Shown here in pieces: positions 21,748 to 32,020 of a stretch of 64,000 nucleotides of DNA; the first letter of the stretch is position 1; every line of letters starts with the position of its first letter. The translations under genes were made by a program, and so were the position numbers. Where the stretch lies: NCBI GenBank assembly GCA_019119025.1, contig DWXV01000039.1, positions 11,051 through 75,050 on the forward strand. The letters run 5' to 3'. Source of the stretch: Candidatus Allofournierella excrementigallinarum (GTDB taxonomy: Bacteria; Bacillota; Clostridia; Oscillospirales; Ruminococcaceae). Below the pieces are notes generated by a model. The model was not told the DNA's origin. It did not search any database and saw only the letters and a list, made by a program, of their open reading frames with translations.

Positions 21748-24046
21748 TCTTCTTCATGCCCAGCAGCACCTTTTCCGGGGTGATGGGCAGCCGGCGGTGC
21801 CACACGCCGGTGGCCCGGTAGACGGCGTGGGCGATGGCCGGCGCGGGGGTGTTGATGACGATCTCGCCGATGGACTTTGCGCCGAAGGGGCCGCTGGGCT
21901 CGTAGCTGGCCTCAAAGGCCACGTCCAGTTCGCCTATATCCAGCCGGGTGGGGATCTTGTACTGCAGGAAGGAATTTTCCGCCAGATGGCCGGTCTCGTT
22001 GTAGGTGATGCTCTCGAACAGGGCCATGCCGATGCCCTGCACAAGGCCGCCTTCCGTCTGCACCCGGGCCAGGTTCGGGTTGATGGGGGTGCCGCAGTCC
22101 ACCACGGCGGTGTAGTGAAGCACCTTCACGCCGCCGGTGCGGGTGTCCACCTCCACCTCGGCCATGCCCGCCATGAAGGGGGGCGGCGAGGTGGGCGAAG
22201 AGTGGGAGCAGGTGACCTGCAAAGCCGGGGCGCTGCCGCACATGGCGCGGCCCGCGATGTCGGCAAGGCCCGCTTCGCCCTTGCCGTCCAGCCGGCGCAC
22301 GGTGCGGCCCGCGAACTCCACTGCTTCGGGTTCGCAGCCCAGCATCTGGGCCGCCAGGGCGCAGATGCGCCTTTTGAGCTGGGCGCAGGCCTTTTCCACC
22401 GCCTTGCCGGTGACATAGGTGGTGGAGGAGGCGTAGGAGCCGGAATCGTAGGGGGAGGCGTCGGTGTCCGCGCCAAAGACGGAGATGTCGTCCACATCGC
22501 AGTCCAGGCAGTCGGCGGCGATCTGGGCCAGGATGGTGTCGCAGCCGGTGCCCATGTCCGCCGCGCCGATGGCGAGGTCATAGCAGCCCTCGTCCCCCAG
22601 CTTGATGGTGGCGCTGCCCACATCCACCCCGGAGATGCCGGAACCCTGCATGGCGATGGCCACGCCGGCGGCGCGGATCTTGCCGCCGCCCATGTCCCGC
22701 ACGGGGTACTTTTCCGCCCAGCCGAAGCGCTGGGCACATTTGGCAAGGCACCGGTCCAGCGCGCAGGCGGAGGCCGGCTCGTTGTAGTAGGCGGGCATGG
22801 TCTGGCCCTGGCGCACGATATTCTTCATCCGCAGTTCCACCGGGTCCAGCCCCAGCCGCCCGGCCAGCTCGTTCACCGCGCTCTCCACGGCGAAGATGCC
22901 TTGCGTTGCGCCGTAGCCCCGGTAGGCCCCGGAGGACTGGTGGTTGGTGTAGACCACGTCCCAGGAAAAACGGAAGGCTTCGAGACCCCCGGTGTAAAGG
23001 GGGATGGACTTGTGGCCGGAAAGGCCCACGGTGGTGGGGCCGTGCTCGCCGTAGGCCCCGGTGTCGGACAGGGTGTAAACGTCCAGGGCACGGATGGCGC
23101 CCTCCTTGCTCGCGCCCAGCCGCACCTTCACCTCCATGGGGTGGCGGGGGCTGGATGCGATGAGGCTCTCCTCCCGGGAATAGATCATCCGGGCGGGGCG
23201 GCCTGTTTTCCAGGTGACGAAGGCGGGGTACACCTCCGCCACCACCGTCTGCTTTGCGCCGAAGCCACCGCCGATGCGGGGCTTTTCCACGTGAATTTTG
23301 GATTTGGGGATGTCCAGGGCGTTGGCCAGGATGCGCCGCACATGGAACACGATCTGGGTGGAGGACACCACATGCAGCCGCCCGTAGGCGTCCAGCTCGG
23401 TGTAGGTGCGGAAGGTCTCCATCATGGCCTGGTTGCAGGCCTGGGTGTTGTAAGTATGCTCCACCACCACGTCGCAATCGGCCAGCACCTTTTCCACGTC
23501 GCCGTCGGCGTCCGCGCCGGAGGCGCAGAGGTTGCGGCGGTTGTCCGCCCCCACGGGGCACAGGGCCTTCCAGTCCTCTTCCGGGTGCACCAGCACCGGG
23601 CCGTCCAGGGCTTCATGGGCATCCAGCACCGCGGGCAGCGCCTGATACTTCACCTTGATGCGCTTTAAGGCCTGGCGGGCGGCCTCCTCGGTCTCGGCGG
23701 CCACGATGGCCACCGCGTCCCCCACAAAGCGGACGTGTTTGTCCAGAATGAGCCGGTCGTAGGGGGAGGGCTCGGGCCAGGTCTGGCCGGCCATGGTGAA
23801 GCGCTTTTGGGGCACGTCCTGCCAGGTGTAGACGGCCACCACCCCCGGCGTGCGCAGGGCGGCGGCGGGGTCGATGGATTCGATCATGGCGTTGGCGTGA
23901 GGGCTGCGCAGCACCTTGACCACAAGGCAGCCCGGCGGGGCTATGTCCTCGGTGTAGACGGGCTTGCCCAGCAGAAGGGCCATGGCGTCCTTTTTGCGCA
24001 CGGGCGCGCCCACGGCGCGGCGTTCGGATTCACCCACGGCCCTCAC
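21740..24046 (-). CDS. xanthine dehydrogenase/aldehyde oxidase family molybdopterin-binding subunit
   Basis: a/b-hammerhead N-domain, RIGGGFGAKQ motif, 768 aa, overlaps the 2Fe-2S subunit gene. Confidence 0.9.
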   Translation of the reverse strand: MRAVGESERRAVGAPVRKKDAMALLLGKPVYTEDIAPPGCLVVKVLRSPHANAMIESIDPAAALRTPGVVAVYTWQDVPQKRFTMAGQTWPEPSPYDRLILDKHVRFVGDAVAIVAAETEEAARQALKRIKVKYQALPAVLDAHEALDGPVLVHPEEDWKALCPVGADNRRNLCASGADADGDVEKVLADCDVVVEHTYNTQACNQAMMETFRTYTELDAYGRLHVVSSTQIVFHVRRILANALDIPKSKIHVEKPRIGGGFGAKQTVVAEVYPAFVTWKTGRPARMIYSREESLIASSPRHPMEVKVRLGASKEGAIRALDVYTLSDTGAYGEHGPTTVGLSGHKSIPLYTGGLEAFRFSWDVVYTNHQSSGAYRGYGATQGIFAVESAVNELAGRLGLDPVELRMKNIVRQGQTMPAYYNEPASACALDRCLAKCAQRFGWAEKYPVRDMGGGKIRAAGVAIAMQGSGISGVDVGSATIKLGDEGCYDLAIGAADMGTGCDTILAQIAADCLDCDVDDISVFGADTDASPYDSGSYASSTTYVTGKAVEKACAQLKRRICALAAQMLGCEPEAVEFAGRTVRRLDGKGEAGLADIAGRAMCGSAPALQVTCSHSSPTSPPPFMAGMAEVEVDTRTGGVKVLHYTAVVDCGTPINPNLARVQTEGGLVQGIGMALFESITYNETGHLAENSFLQYKIPTRLDIGELDVAFEASYEPSGPFGAKSIGEIVINTPAPAIAHAVYRATGVWHRRLPITPEKVLLGMKKNG

Positions 24047-24500
24047 CCCCTTTGCGGCTGTTCAAAAAGGCGCGGATGCCCCGCAGCTGCCCCTCGTAGC
24101 CGGAGCAGCGGCAGAGATTCCCTGCCAGGAAGGCGCGGATGTCGTCGTCGGTGGGGTCGGGGTTCTCCCGCAGCAGGGCGATGGTGTTCATCACGAAGCC
24201 CGGGTTGCAAAAGCCGCACTGCTCCGCGCCCTGGCCGGCAATGAACTCGGCGAAGGGGCGGGCTTCTTCCTGCAGGCCTTCCAGGGTGTCCACCCGATGG
24301 CCGTCGGCCCGCGCCGCCAGCACCGAGCAGGAGAGCACCGGCGCGCCGTCCAAAAGGACGGTGCACAGGCCGCAGTTCGAGGTCTCACAGCCCCGCTTGA
24401 CGCTGAGGCACCCTTTTTCCCGCACAAGGTCAATGAGCAGGGTGTCGGGCCGCACGGCAGCGCTCACCGGCCGCCCGTTCAAAACAAAGTTTATCTCCAT
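24030..24500 (-). CDS. (2Fe-2S)-binding small subunit of the XDH-family enzyme
   Basis: Plant-type cluster CETSNCGLCTV plus second cluster CNPGF...CRCSGY. Confidence 0.92.
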   Translation of the reverse strand: MEINFVLNGRPVSAAVRPDTLLIDLVREKGCLSVKRGCETSNCGLCTVLLDGAPVLSCSVLAARADGHRVDTLEGLQEEARPFAEFIAGQGAEQCGFCNPGFVMNTIALLRENPDPTDDDIRAFLAGNLCRCSGYEGQLRGIRAFLNSRKGGEGRG

Positions 24501-24503
24501 GGC

Positions 24504-25295
24504 TCACTTCTCCTCCAGTTTCAGCGCGGCCCGGCGCACCAGCGCCCGGCAGACCGCCTCGCGATACTCCGCCGAGCCCCGGGTGTTGGAGCCGAAAACC
24601 GCCCGCCGGGTCACATCTTCGGCAAAGGCGGCGGCGCTTTCTTCGCTCACCCCGCCCGCCAGCAGCCCCTCCTCGTCGTCAAAGCGGGCCGCCCGGGCGG
24701 GGCGGGCCCCCACGGCGCAGGCCACCTTGCCCTCCCGGCGCGCCACCGCGCAGGTGAGGACGGGGAGATCGGTGGCGCAGTTGCGCTGGGAGAGATACGC
24801 CGCCTCCACTTTGCCGCCGGGGAGGAAGATGTGGGTGAGGATGTCCTTGCGGATGCCCGACCCGGCGAAGTCTTCAAGGCTCATCCGCCCGGCTTCGGCC
24901 AGCTCCACCTTCGCGTCCAGCGCCAGCAGCAGGGTGAGGGGGTCGGAAAAGCCGAACCGCCCGAACACGCTGCCGCCGATGGTGGCAAGATTGCGCAGCT
25001 GCACCCCCACGATGTGTTTGACGCTTTCGGCCAGCGCGCCGCCGGTGAAGGCGGCGAGGCCCTTGTGGGTCTCCAATTGGCGCAGGGTGACCATGGCCCC
25101 GATGCGCCAGCCCTCCGGCGTTTCCTCGATGGCATCAAGGCCGAGGCCCGAAAGGTCCACGGCGGTGTCCACATTTTTATCCTGCAGTTTCAGCCAGAGC
25201 ATGCCCCCCAGGGCCACGTTGCTTTTTTTCGCCCGAAGCAGGCCCAGGGCCTCGTCCACCGTTTCGGGGCGGGCGTAGTTTTTGATGGTCAGCAC
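24504..25295 (-). CDS. FAD-binding (CoxM/XdhB-like) subunit of the XDH-family enzyme
   Basis: FAD_binding_5-like fold (ATIGGSV...). Start set at GTG 25295 behind GGGAGGAAACACT. Confidence 0.8.
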   Translation of the reverse strand: MLTIKNYARPETVDEALGLLRAKKSNVALGGMLWLKLQDKNVDTAVDLSGLGLDAIEETPEGWRIGAMVTLRQLETHKGLAAFTGGALAESVKHIVGVQLRNLATIGGSVFGRFGFSDPLTLLLALDAKVELAEAGRMSLEDFAGSGIRKDILTHIFLPGGKVEAAYLSQRNCATDLPVLTCAVARREGKVACAVGARPARAARFDDEEGLLAGGVSEESAAAFAEDVTRRAVFGSNTRGSAEYREAVCRALVRRAALKLEEK

Positions 25296-25350
25296 AGTGT
25301 TTCCTCCCTGCCGCGATTTTCCGTTTTCATTGTAGCACAACCTCCGGCCG

Positions 25351-25380
25351 CAAAAAAGCCCCGGCGTTTAGCCGGGGCTT
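25351..25380 (-). terminator. rho-independent terminator after the ABC importer operon
   Basis: Minus strand AGCCCCGGC-TAAAC-GCCGGGGCT followed by TTTTTTG. Confidence 0.8.
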
Positions 25381-25415
25381 CGCAAGAAAGCGGCGTTTTC
25401 TTATGCCGCCCTTTT

Positions 25416-26192
25416 TTATTCGGCCGTGCATAGGAAATGGCCTGTTTGCTTGTCCGCTTTGACCCGGATCCCGGGATAGAGGCGTCCCAGCGCCCGCTCC
25501 AGCTGCGGGGCGGTGCAGGCGCCCGGCTCCAGCCGCTCCAGGATGCGGCCCTCCTTCAACAGCAGCACCGGGCTGCAATAGCGCAAAGCCAGCGCCGGGT
25601 CGTGAAGCACCGCCACGGCGCACCGCCCGCCCGCCGCCAGCTGCTGGCCCAGCAGGCGGAACAGCCGGTGGGTGTTGGAAAAATCCAGCGCGCTGCCCGG
25701 CTCGTCCAGCAGCAGCACCGGGGCGCTCTGCACCATGGCCCGGGCCAGGTGCACCAGCTGCCGCTGCCCCTGGCTGAGGGCGGCGCAGTCGGCGTTCAGA
25801 AGTTCTTCCAGCCCGAAAGCCCGGGCCGCCTCGGCCACCGCCGCCTTGGCCCCCGGGCCGGCCCCCAGCGGCCCGTCCCAGGCGTAGCGGCCCATCTCCA
25901 GCGCTTCCGCCACCCGCACGCCGGGCAAAAGGGGGATCTGCTGGCGCACCAGCGCCAGCCGCCTCGCCCGCCGCTTTGGGGCAAGGGGCAGGCAGTCCTG
26001 CCCGTTCACCAGCACCTGGCCTTGCGTTTTGCGCACCCCGCCGGCCATGGCGTTCAGCAGGGTGGATTTGCCCGCCCCGTTGGGGCCCAGCACCGCCGCC
26101 AGCTGGCCTTCTTTTATTTCAAAGGAGACGTTTTGCACCACCGGCCTTTCATAGCCGGCGGACAGGCGCTTCACTTCAAGCGTCGTCCTCAC
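25416..26192 (-). CDS. ABC importer ATP-binding protein (FecE/BtuD-like)
   Basis: Walker A GPNGAGKSTLL, signature LSQGQRQLVHLARAM, Walker B VLLLDEPGSALD. Confidence 0.9.
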   Translation of the reverse strand: MRTTLEVKRLSAGYERPVVQNVSFEIKEGQLAAVLGPNGAGKSTLLNAMAGGVRKTQGQVLVNGQDCLPLAPKRRARRLALVRQQIPLLPGVRVAEALEMGRYAWDGPLGAGPGAKAAVAEAARAFGLEELLNADCAALSQGQRQLVHLARAMVQSAPVLLLDEPGSALDFSNTHRLFRLLGQQLAAGGRCAVAVLHDPALALRYCSPVLLLKEGRILERLEPGACTAPQLERALGRLYPGIRVKADKQTGHFLCTAE

Positions 26193-27159
26193 CCCCTCTT
26201 CCCTGGCGCACCAGCAGCACCAGCAGCACCGGCACCGCCGCCGCCACCGTGAAGATGCTGAGGGGCAGGTTCAAAAGGCGGGCGGGCAGGTCCGCCGCCA
26301 GCAGCACCGCCGCCCCGCACAGGCCGCAGAGGGCAAGGTAGGGCCCGCCCCGCCGCCCGCCCAGGAAAAAGGCGATGTGGGGGGCGATGAGGCCCACGAA
26401 GGCCACCGCGCCGCACACCGACGCCACCGACGCCACCATCAGGGTGGTGAGGCTGAGCACCCCGCCCCGCCAGAGGGCCGGGTCCAGCCCCAGGCCGCGG
26501 GCGGCGCCTTCCCCCAGGCTGAGCATCAAAATGGGCTTTCGCACCAGCCACAGCAGGGCGGCGCACCCCGCCGCCAGCAGGGCGGGCAGGGCGGTCTTTC
26601 CCGCCGTGACGGCGGAAAGGCTGCCCATGGTCCAGCTTTCGATGGCCCCCAGCTGGCCTTCCGGGTCGGCCAGGGTCTTGAGCACCATCAGCCCCGCCTC
26701 GGCCAGGGAGGACACAATGACCCCCGCCAGCAGGTAGCTGCCGGTGCGGGCGAGGCGCGCCGCGCCCACCAGCCCCAGCACCGCCGCCAGGGCGGCCATG
26801 CCGAAGGCGAAGGAAAAGAGGGTCACCGAAAGCCGCCCGCCCGCGCCCAGCACGATGGCCGCGGCGGCGCCGAGGCTGGCCCCCGAGGACACGCCGGTGA
26901 GGTCCGGGGAGGCCAGGGGGTTGGCGAACACCGTTTGATACACGCCCCCCGCCATGCCCAGCGCCCAGCCCCCCACAAGGCCCATCAGGGTGCGGGGCAG
27001 GCGCAGCTGCCAGAACACCCGGGCGGAAAGGCCGCCGGGGTGTTGCAACACGTCCGAAAACGAAAGGGGGAAGCTGCCGGTCAGCAGCCCCGCGGCGGCC
27101 AGCGCGGCCACTGCCGCAAGGCATCCGGCCAGGGCGGCACGGGTGCGGGTGCTGTTCAT
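26176..27159 (-). CDS. FecCD/BtuC family ABC importer permease
   Basis: About 9-10 TMs. FecCD-type motifs (GGVYQTVFANPLASPDLTGVSSGASLG). Confidence 0.9.
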   Translation of the reverse strand: MNSTRTRAALAGCLAAVAALAAAGLLTGSFPLSFSDVLQHPGGLSARVFWQLRLPRTLMGLVGGWALGMAGGVYQTVFANPLASPDLTGVSSGASLGAAAAIVLGAGGRLSVTLFSFAFGMAALAAVLGLVGAARLARTGSYLLAGVIVSSLAEAGLMVLKTLADPEGQLGAIESWTMGSLSAVTAGKTALPALLAAGCAALLWLVRKPILMLSLGEGAARGLGLDPALWRGGVLSLTTLMVASVASVCGAVAFVGLIAPHIAFFLGGRRGGPYLALCGLCGAAVLLAADLPARLLNLPLSIFTVAAAVPVLLVLLVRQGRGGEDDA

Positions 27160-27193
27160 GGCGCTCTCCCCTTTCCTTTATTTTCCGGGAAAT

Positions 27194-28270
27194 TCACTTG
27201 GTGATGAGGCTCTCGTCCACGGCAAAGCCGTAGAAGGCCTGGTAGAAGCCTGCCGCGTCGGCCACGAACTCCTCAAAGGGATACTCTTCCGGGTGCAGCA
27301 CACTGGTCAGCCACAGGCAGCCCAGGATGCCGGAGGGGATGGGGGAATCCCATTCCTCGAGACCCGCGGGCATCTGGTAGACTTTGCCGTTTTCCACGGC
27401 GGGCACGCCCGCCAGCTGGGCGTCCGCCAGCACGTCGGCGGCGGTGTATTCCGCGCCGGAGGGCACCACGATGACCTCGGGGGCCATGGCAAGGACGTCC
27501 TCATAAGACACTTCGGTCCAGTAGTCCCCTTCCAGCGAGGCGGCGGCGTTCACGCCGCCGGCGGTCTCGATGAGGTAGTTCTGGTACATGCCCGCGGGCG
27601 CGCAGCTCAGATAGCTGGAGTTGGAGGCCATGTAGACGGCGGGCTTTTCTGCCCCCGTGGTGAGGGAGGCCATGCGCTCCAGCTGCTCGTCGTAATAGCC
27701 GGTGAGGGCCGCGGCGGCGTCCCCGGCGCCCAGGGCCCTGCCCAGCACCCCGATCATCTCCACCAGCGCCTCGTGGCTCTCGGGGGCCACCACCAGCGCG
27801 GGGATGCTCAAGCTCGCCAGGGTGTCGGCGTAGTCGGTGAGGGCGGCGGGCAGGATCACCAGATCCGGCCCCAGCGCGGCCACCGCCTCCACGTCCATCT
27901 CCTTCATGGTGCCCACGCCGGGCTTTTCGATGAGCGCGGGGGCGGCCATCTGGTAAAGCGGGCGGGTGTCGGCCTTCTTTTCAAGGCCCGCGATGGCGTC
28001 CGCCTTGCCCAGGGCCAGCACCGCGTAGGTGCTGATGTAGTAGCCGCTGACCACCGTCTTTGCGGGGGCGGCCAGCTCCACCGTGCGGCCCGCCTGGTCG
28101 GTGAGGGCGAGGCCCTCGGCTTCACCGGCGGGCTCGCTGGCAGGCGCAGAGGCCGGCACGGAGGCGGAGGCAGAGCCCGAGGCGGGCGCGGCGGCGCAGC
28201 CGGCGCAGCCCAGGGCCAGGGTGAGCGCCAGCGCCAGGGCGGCCAGGCGCAAAAGCAGATCCTTTTTCAC
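27194..28270 (-). CDS. periplasmic-binding-protein family lipoprotein (Fe-siderophore/heme/cobalamin type)
   Basis: Lipobox LALGCAGC, then a class III PBP fold region (LGPDLVILPAALTDY). Confidence 0.85.
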   Translation of the reverse strand: MKKDLLLRLAALALALTLALGCAGCAAAPASGSASASVPASAPASEPAGEAEGLALTDQAGRTVELAAPAKTVVSGYYISTYAVLALGKADAIAGLEKKADTRPLYQMAAPALIEKPGVGTMKEMDVEAVAALGPDLVILPAALTDYADTLASLSIPALVVAPESHEALVEMIGVLGRALGAGDAAAALTGYYDEQLERMASLTTGAEKPAVYMASNSSYLSCAPAGMYQNYLIETAGGVNAAASLEGDYWTEVSYEDVLAMAPEVIVVPSGAEYTAADVLADAQLAGVPAVENGKVYQMPAGLEEWDSPIPSGILGCLWLTSVLHPEEYPFEEFVADAAGFYQAFYGFAVDESLITK

Positions 28271-28530
28271 GTTGGTTCACTCCTTGTTGTGTTCGCGCCC
28301 CCGGGCGGGCGCTGCCTGCCGGCTGCTGTTTTACCCCGCCGGGGCGGGGCCCGTCAAAGGCCGGCGTTCCTTTTTTAAGTATAGCGTGTCCCGCCGCCGG
28401 GCGCAATCCGCCGTGACCTTTTGCCGATTTTACCGGAATTTCACCCTTTGCCCGATTGAGACCCGGCCGGGAATATAGTACAATCAGGTTGTATCCACCG
28501 GCCCGGTGCCGGAAAAAGGAGTGAGACGCA

Positions 28531-29313
28531 ATGTTCACCGTTTATCACTTTGTATGGCTGGCCGTCTGCGCCGCTGTCATCGCCGGGGCGCTGGTCTTTT
28601 TGCAAAAGCGCCGCCCGCCGCTCAAAAGTGTGCTCAGCGTCTGCTGCGTGCTGTGCGTCGCCTCGGAGCTGGTGAAGGACCTGAGCGTCATCCGGATGGT
28701 CCCCTCCGCCGACGGCTCCATGCTGCTGCCCTATATGGAGATGCAGCATCTGCCCTTCCATCTGTGCAGCATCCAGATCCTGCTCATCTTCTTCACGCGC
28801 TTCGCCCGGCCGGGCAAAGCGCGCACCACGGTGCTGGCCTTCATGTACCCCACCGCCCTCATCGGCGCGGCGCTGGCGCTGGCCATGCCCTCCATCTTCT
28901 CCACCAGCATCGAGGCCAGCCAGGCCTTCACCCATCCGCTGGCCTACCAGTTCTTCCTCTACCACTCCATGCTGGTGGTGCTGGGGGCATACATCCCTCT
29001 TTGCGGCGAGGTGCAGTTGCGCCCCAGGCACTATTTCTCCACGCTGGGCATTCTGGGGGCGATGGCCATGGCCTCGCTCTATCTCAACTCCATGTTCGCC
29101 GCCGCCACCTACGAGGACGGCACGCTCATCAGCGTGGAATACGCCACCAACTTCTTTTTCACCTACGCCCCGCCTCTGCCCATCCCCCTTTCCAGCGTGG
29201 GCCAGTGGATGGCGTATCTTGCCGCCATCTGCCTGCTGGCGGTGGCGCTGGTGGGGCTTTGCTACCTGCCGGTGTTCTTGAAGGCGCGCAGAAAGGCCGC
29301 CGCGGGGCGGTGA
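28531..29313 (+). CDS. YwaF/TMEM164-like integral membrane protein
   Basis: 7 predicted TMs, MFTVYHFVWLAV... N-terminus, good RBS AAGGAG. Family call from overall resemblance only. Confidence 0.45.
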   Translation: MFTVYHFVWLAVCAAVIAGALVFLQKRRPPLKSVLSVCCVLCVASELVKDLSVIRMVPSADGSMLLPYMEMQHLPFHLCSIQILLIFFTRFARPGKARTTVLAFMYPTALIGAALALAMPSIFSTSIEASQAFTHPLAYQFFLYHSMLVVLGAYIPLCGEVQLRPRHYFSTLGILGAMAMASLYLNSMFAAATYEDGTLISVEYATNFFFTYAPPLPIPLSSVGQWMAYLAAICLLAVALVGLCYLPVFLKARRKAAAGR

Positions 29314-29317
29314 GCCC

Positions 29318-30127
29318 TCACGACGGCCAGCGCCGCCCCTGGGGCAGGCCCCAGACCTGCACCGTTTCCAGCAGCGGCGAAAGGGAGATGTCCCGCGGGG
29401 TGACGGGCCAGCCGCCGGCCCCGCCGACGTCGTATCCGAAGGCGGCGCAGGCGCACCACACCAGATGGGCGCACTGGGTGGCGGGCGGGCCGGCGCTCTC
29501 CCCCAGCCAGGGCAGGCCGGAAAACAGCCCGTAGGGCAGGCCCACAAGGTTTTCCCGCGCCCAGTCGGCCATGCGGGCCCGGCGCTCGGCACTCACCCCT
29601 TTAAGGCGCAGCACCGCCACGGCGGCCTTGTCCTGCCAGGTGGAGAGGGGGCTCAGCCGGCTGGGCTGGCCCAGGCTGTAGGCCTCCAGCACCAGGCCCT
29701 CCTGCGCGTCCACCACCAGCGCCGCGTGGCCGTTGCGCCAGCCCCCGCACCGGCTGGAGGGGGTGAGCAGGATGTCCCCCTTTTCCAGCGGGGCGAACTC
29801 AAAATCCCCCTCGGTGACCTCCAGCCGCACCACCGCCGCCCCCTTCACCGTTTTCCAGCCGCAGGGGGCGAAGTACCGGGCCTGGAAGTCCGCAAGCTCC
29901 CCGCCCCGGCCCGCTTCCAGCAGGGCGTCCACCGCCTCCGGCCCGAGGCCGGTCTGGGCAAGCAGCAGTGCATAGTCGGCTTTCCCCGCCTCGGCCCGCG
30001 CCACCACCCCCGTCAGGTCCACCATGGGGTAATCGGGCAAGGCGTGGGCGAAGCGGGGCGCGCGGCCCGCCCACACCGCCGCCGCCAGCCCCAGGGCCAA
30101 AACGGATGCCGCCAGCCTCTTTTTCAC
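29318..30127 (-). CDS. putative permuted papain-like (YiiX/C92-like) amidase, secreted or lipid-anchored
   Basis: GDILLTPSS...NGHAALVV (His) precedes QCAHLVWCA (Cys), i.e. permuted NlpC/P60 order. Start set at GTG 30127 behind GGGAAGGGGGG. Confidence 0.45.
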   Translation of the reverse strand: MKKRLAASVLALGLAAAVWAGRAPRFAHALPDYPMVDLTGVVARAEAGKADYALLLAQTGLGPEAVDALLEAGRGGELADFQARYFAPCGWKTVKGAAVVRLEVTEGDFEFAPLEKGDILLTPSSRCGGWRNGHAALVVDAQEGLVLEAYSLGQPSRLSPLSTWQDKAAVAVLRLKGVSAERRARMADWARENLVGLPYGLFSGLPWLGESAGPPATQCAHLVWCACAAFGYDVGGAGGWPVTPRDISLSPLLETVQVWGLPQGRRWPS

Positions 30128-30189
30128 GCCGCCGCCCCCCTTCCCTGCTGATAGCATACCGCCCCGGCGGCGAAAAAATGCGGCGGGCC

Positions 30190-30218
30190 TTGACACAAGG
30201 CGGCGAAAGGGGTACACT
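30190..30218 (+). promoter_or_regulatory. promoter of the asnS T-box leader
   Basis: TTGACA (30190-30195), 17 nt spacer, TACACT (30213-30218). Confidence 0.6.
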
Positions 30219-30221
30219 GTT

Positions 30222-30508
30222 TTCACAAAAGCTGTGAAAAAGAGCAGTACGCCGGCAAACGGCGGCCCAGCGAGCGGGGGACGGTGCGAGCCCCGCCCGG
30301 CGCCCGGCGGAAGGAACACTTTGGAGCCGCGCGCCCCAACCCGCTTTGAAAAGCGGCAGTAGGGCGCGACGTGGGCGGCGCGTTAAGCCGCGACGCTTAG
30401 GTTTTGAGCGGAAAAGGGGCCGTGAAAACGGCAAGTTAGGTGGCACCGCGGATCCGGCAGCGATTCGTCCTAATGCAAAGGGACGAACCAGGCTGCCGGT
30501 CTTTTTTT
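30222..30508 (+). promoter_or_regulatory. T-box riboswitch leader (Asn specifier candidate AAC)
   Basis: T-box sequence AGTTAGGTGGCACCGCGG at 30434-30451. Terminator CCGGCAGC (30454-61)...GCTGCCGG (30492-99) plus T7. Candidate specifier AAC-A at 30315-30318. Confidence 0.8.
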
Positions 30509-30564
30509 ACCGTTTCACCGCAGAGCAAACGGGAACACACCTTATGAAAAAGGAGAGGCAACAA

Positions 30565-31950
<1,386 letters not shown>

Positions 31951-31970
31951 GCCGCGGCTCCCAAAAAGCA

Positions 31971-32012
31971 GAAAAGCGGCGGCCTCGCGTTTGCGAGGCC
32001 GCCGCTTTTGTT
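31971..32012. terminator. bidirectional terminator between asnS and the convergent lipoprotein gene
   Basis: AAGCGGCGGCCTCGC-GTTT-GCGAGGCCGCCGCTT flanked by an A-run and a T-run. Confidence 0.8.
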
Positions 32013-32020
32013 GATGTGTT

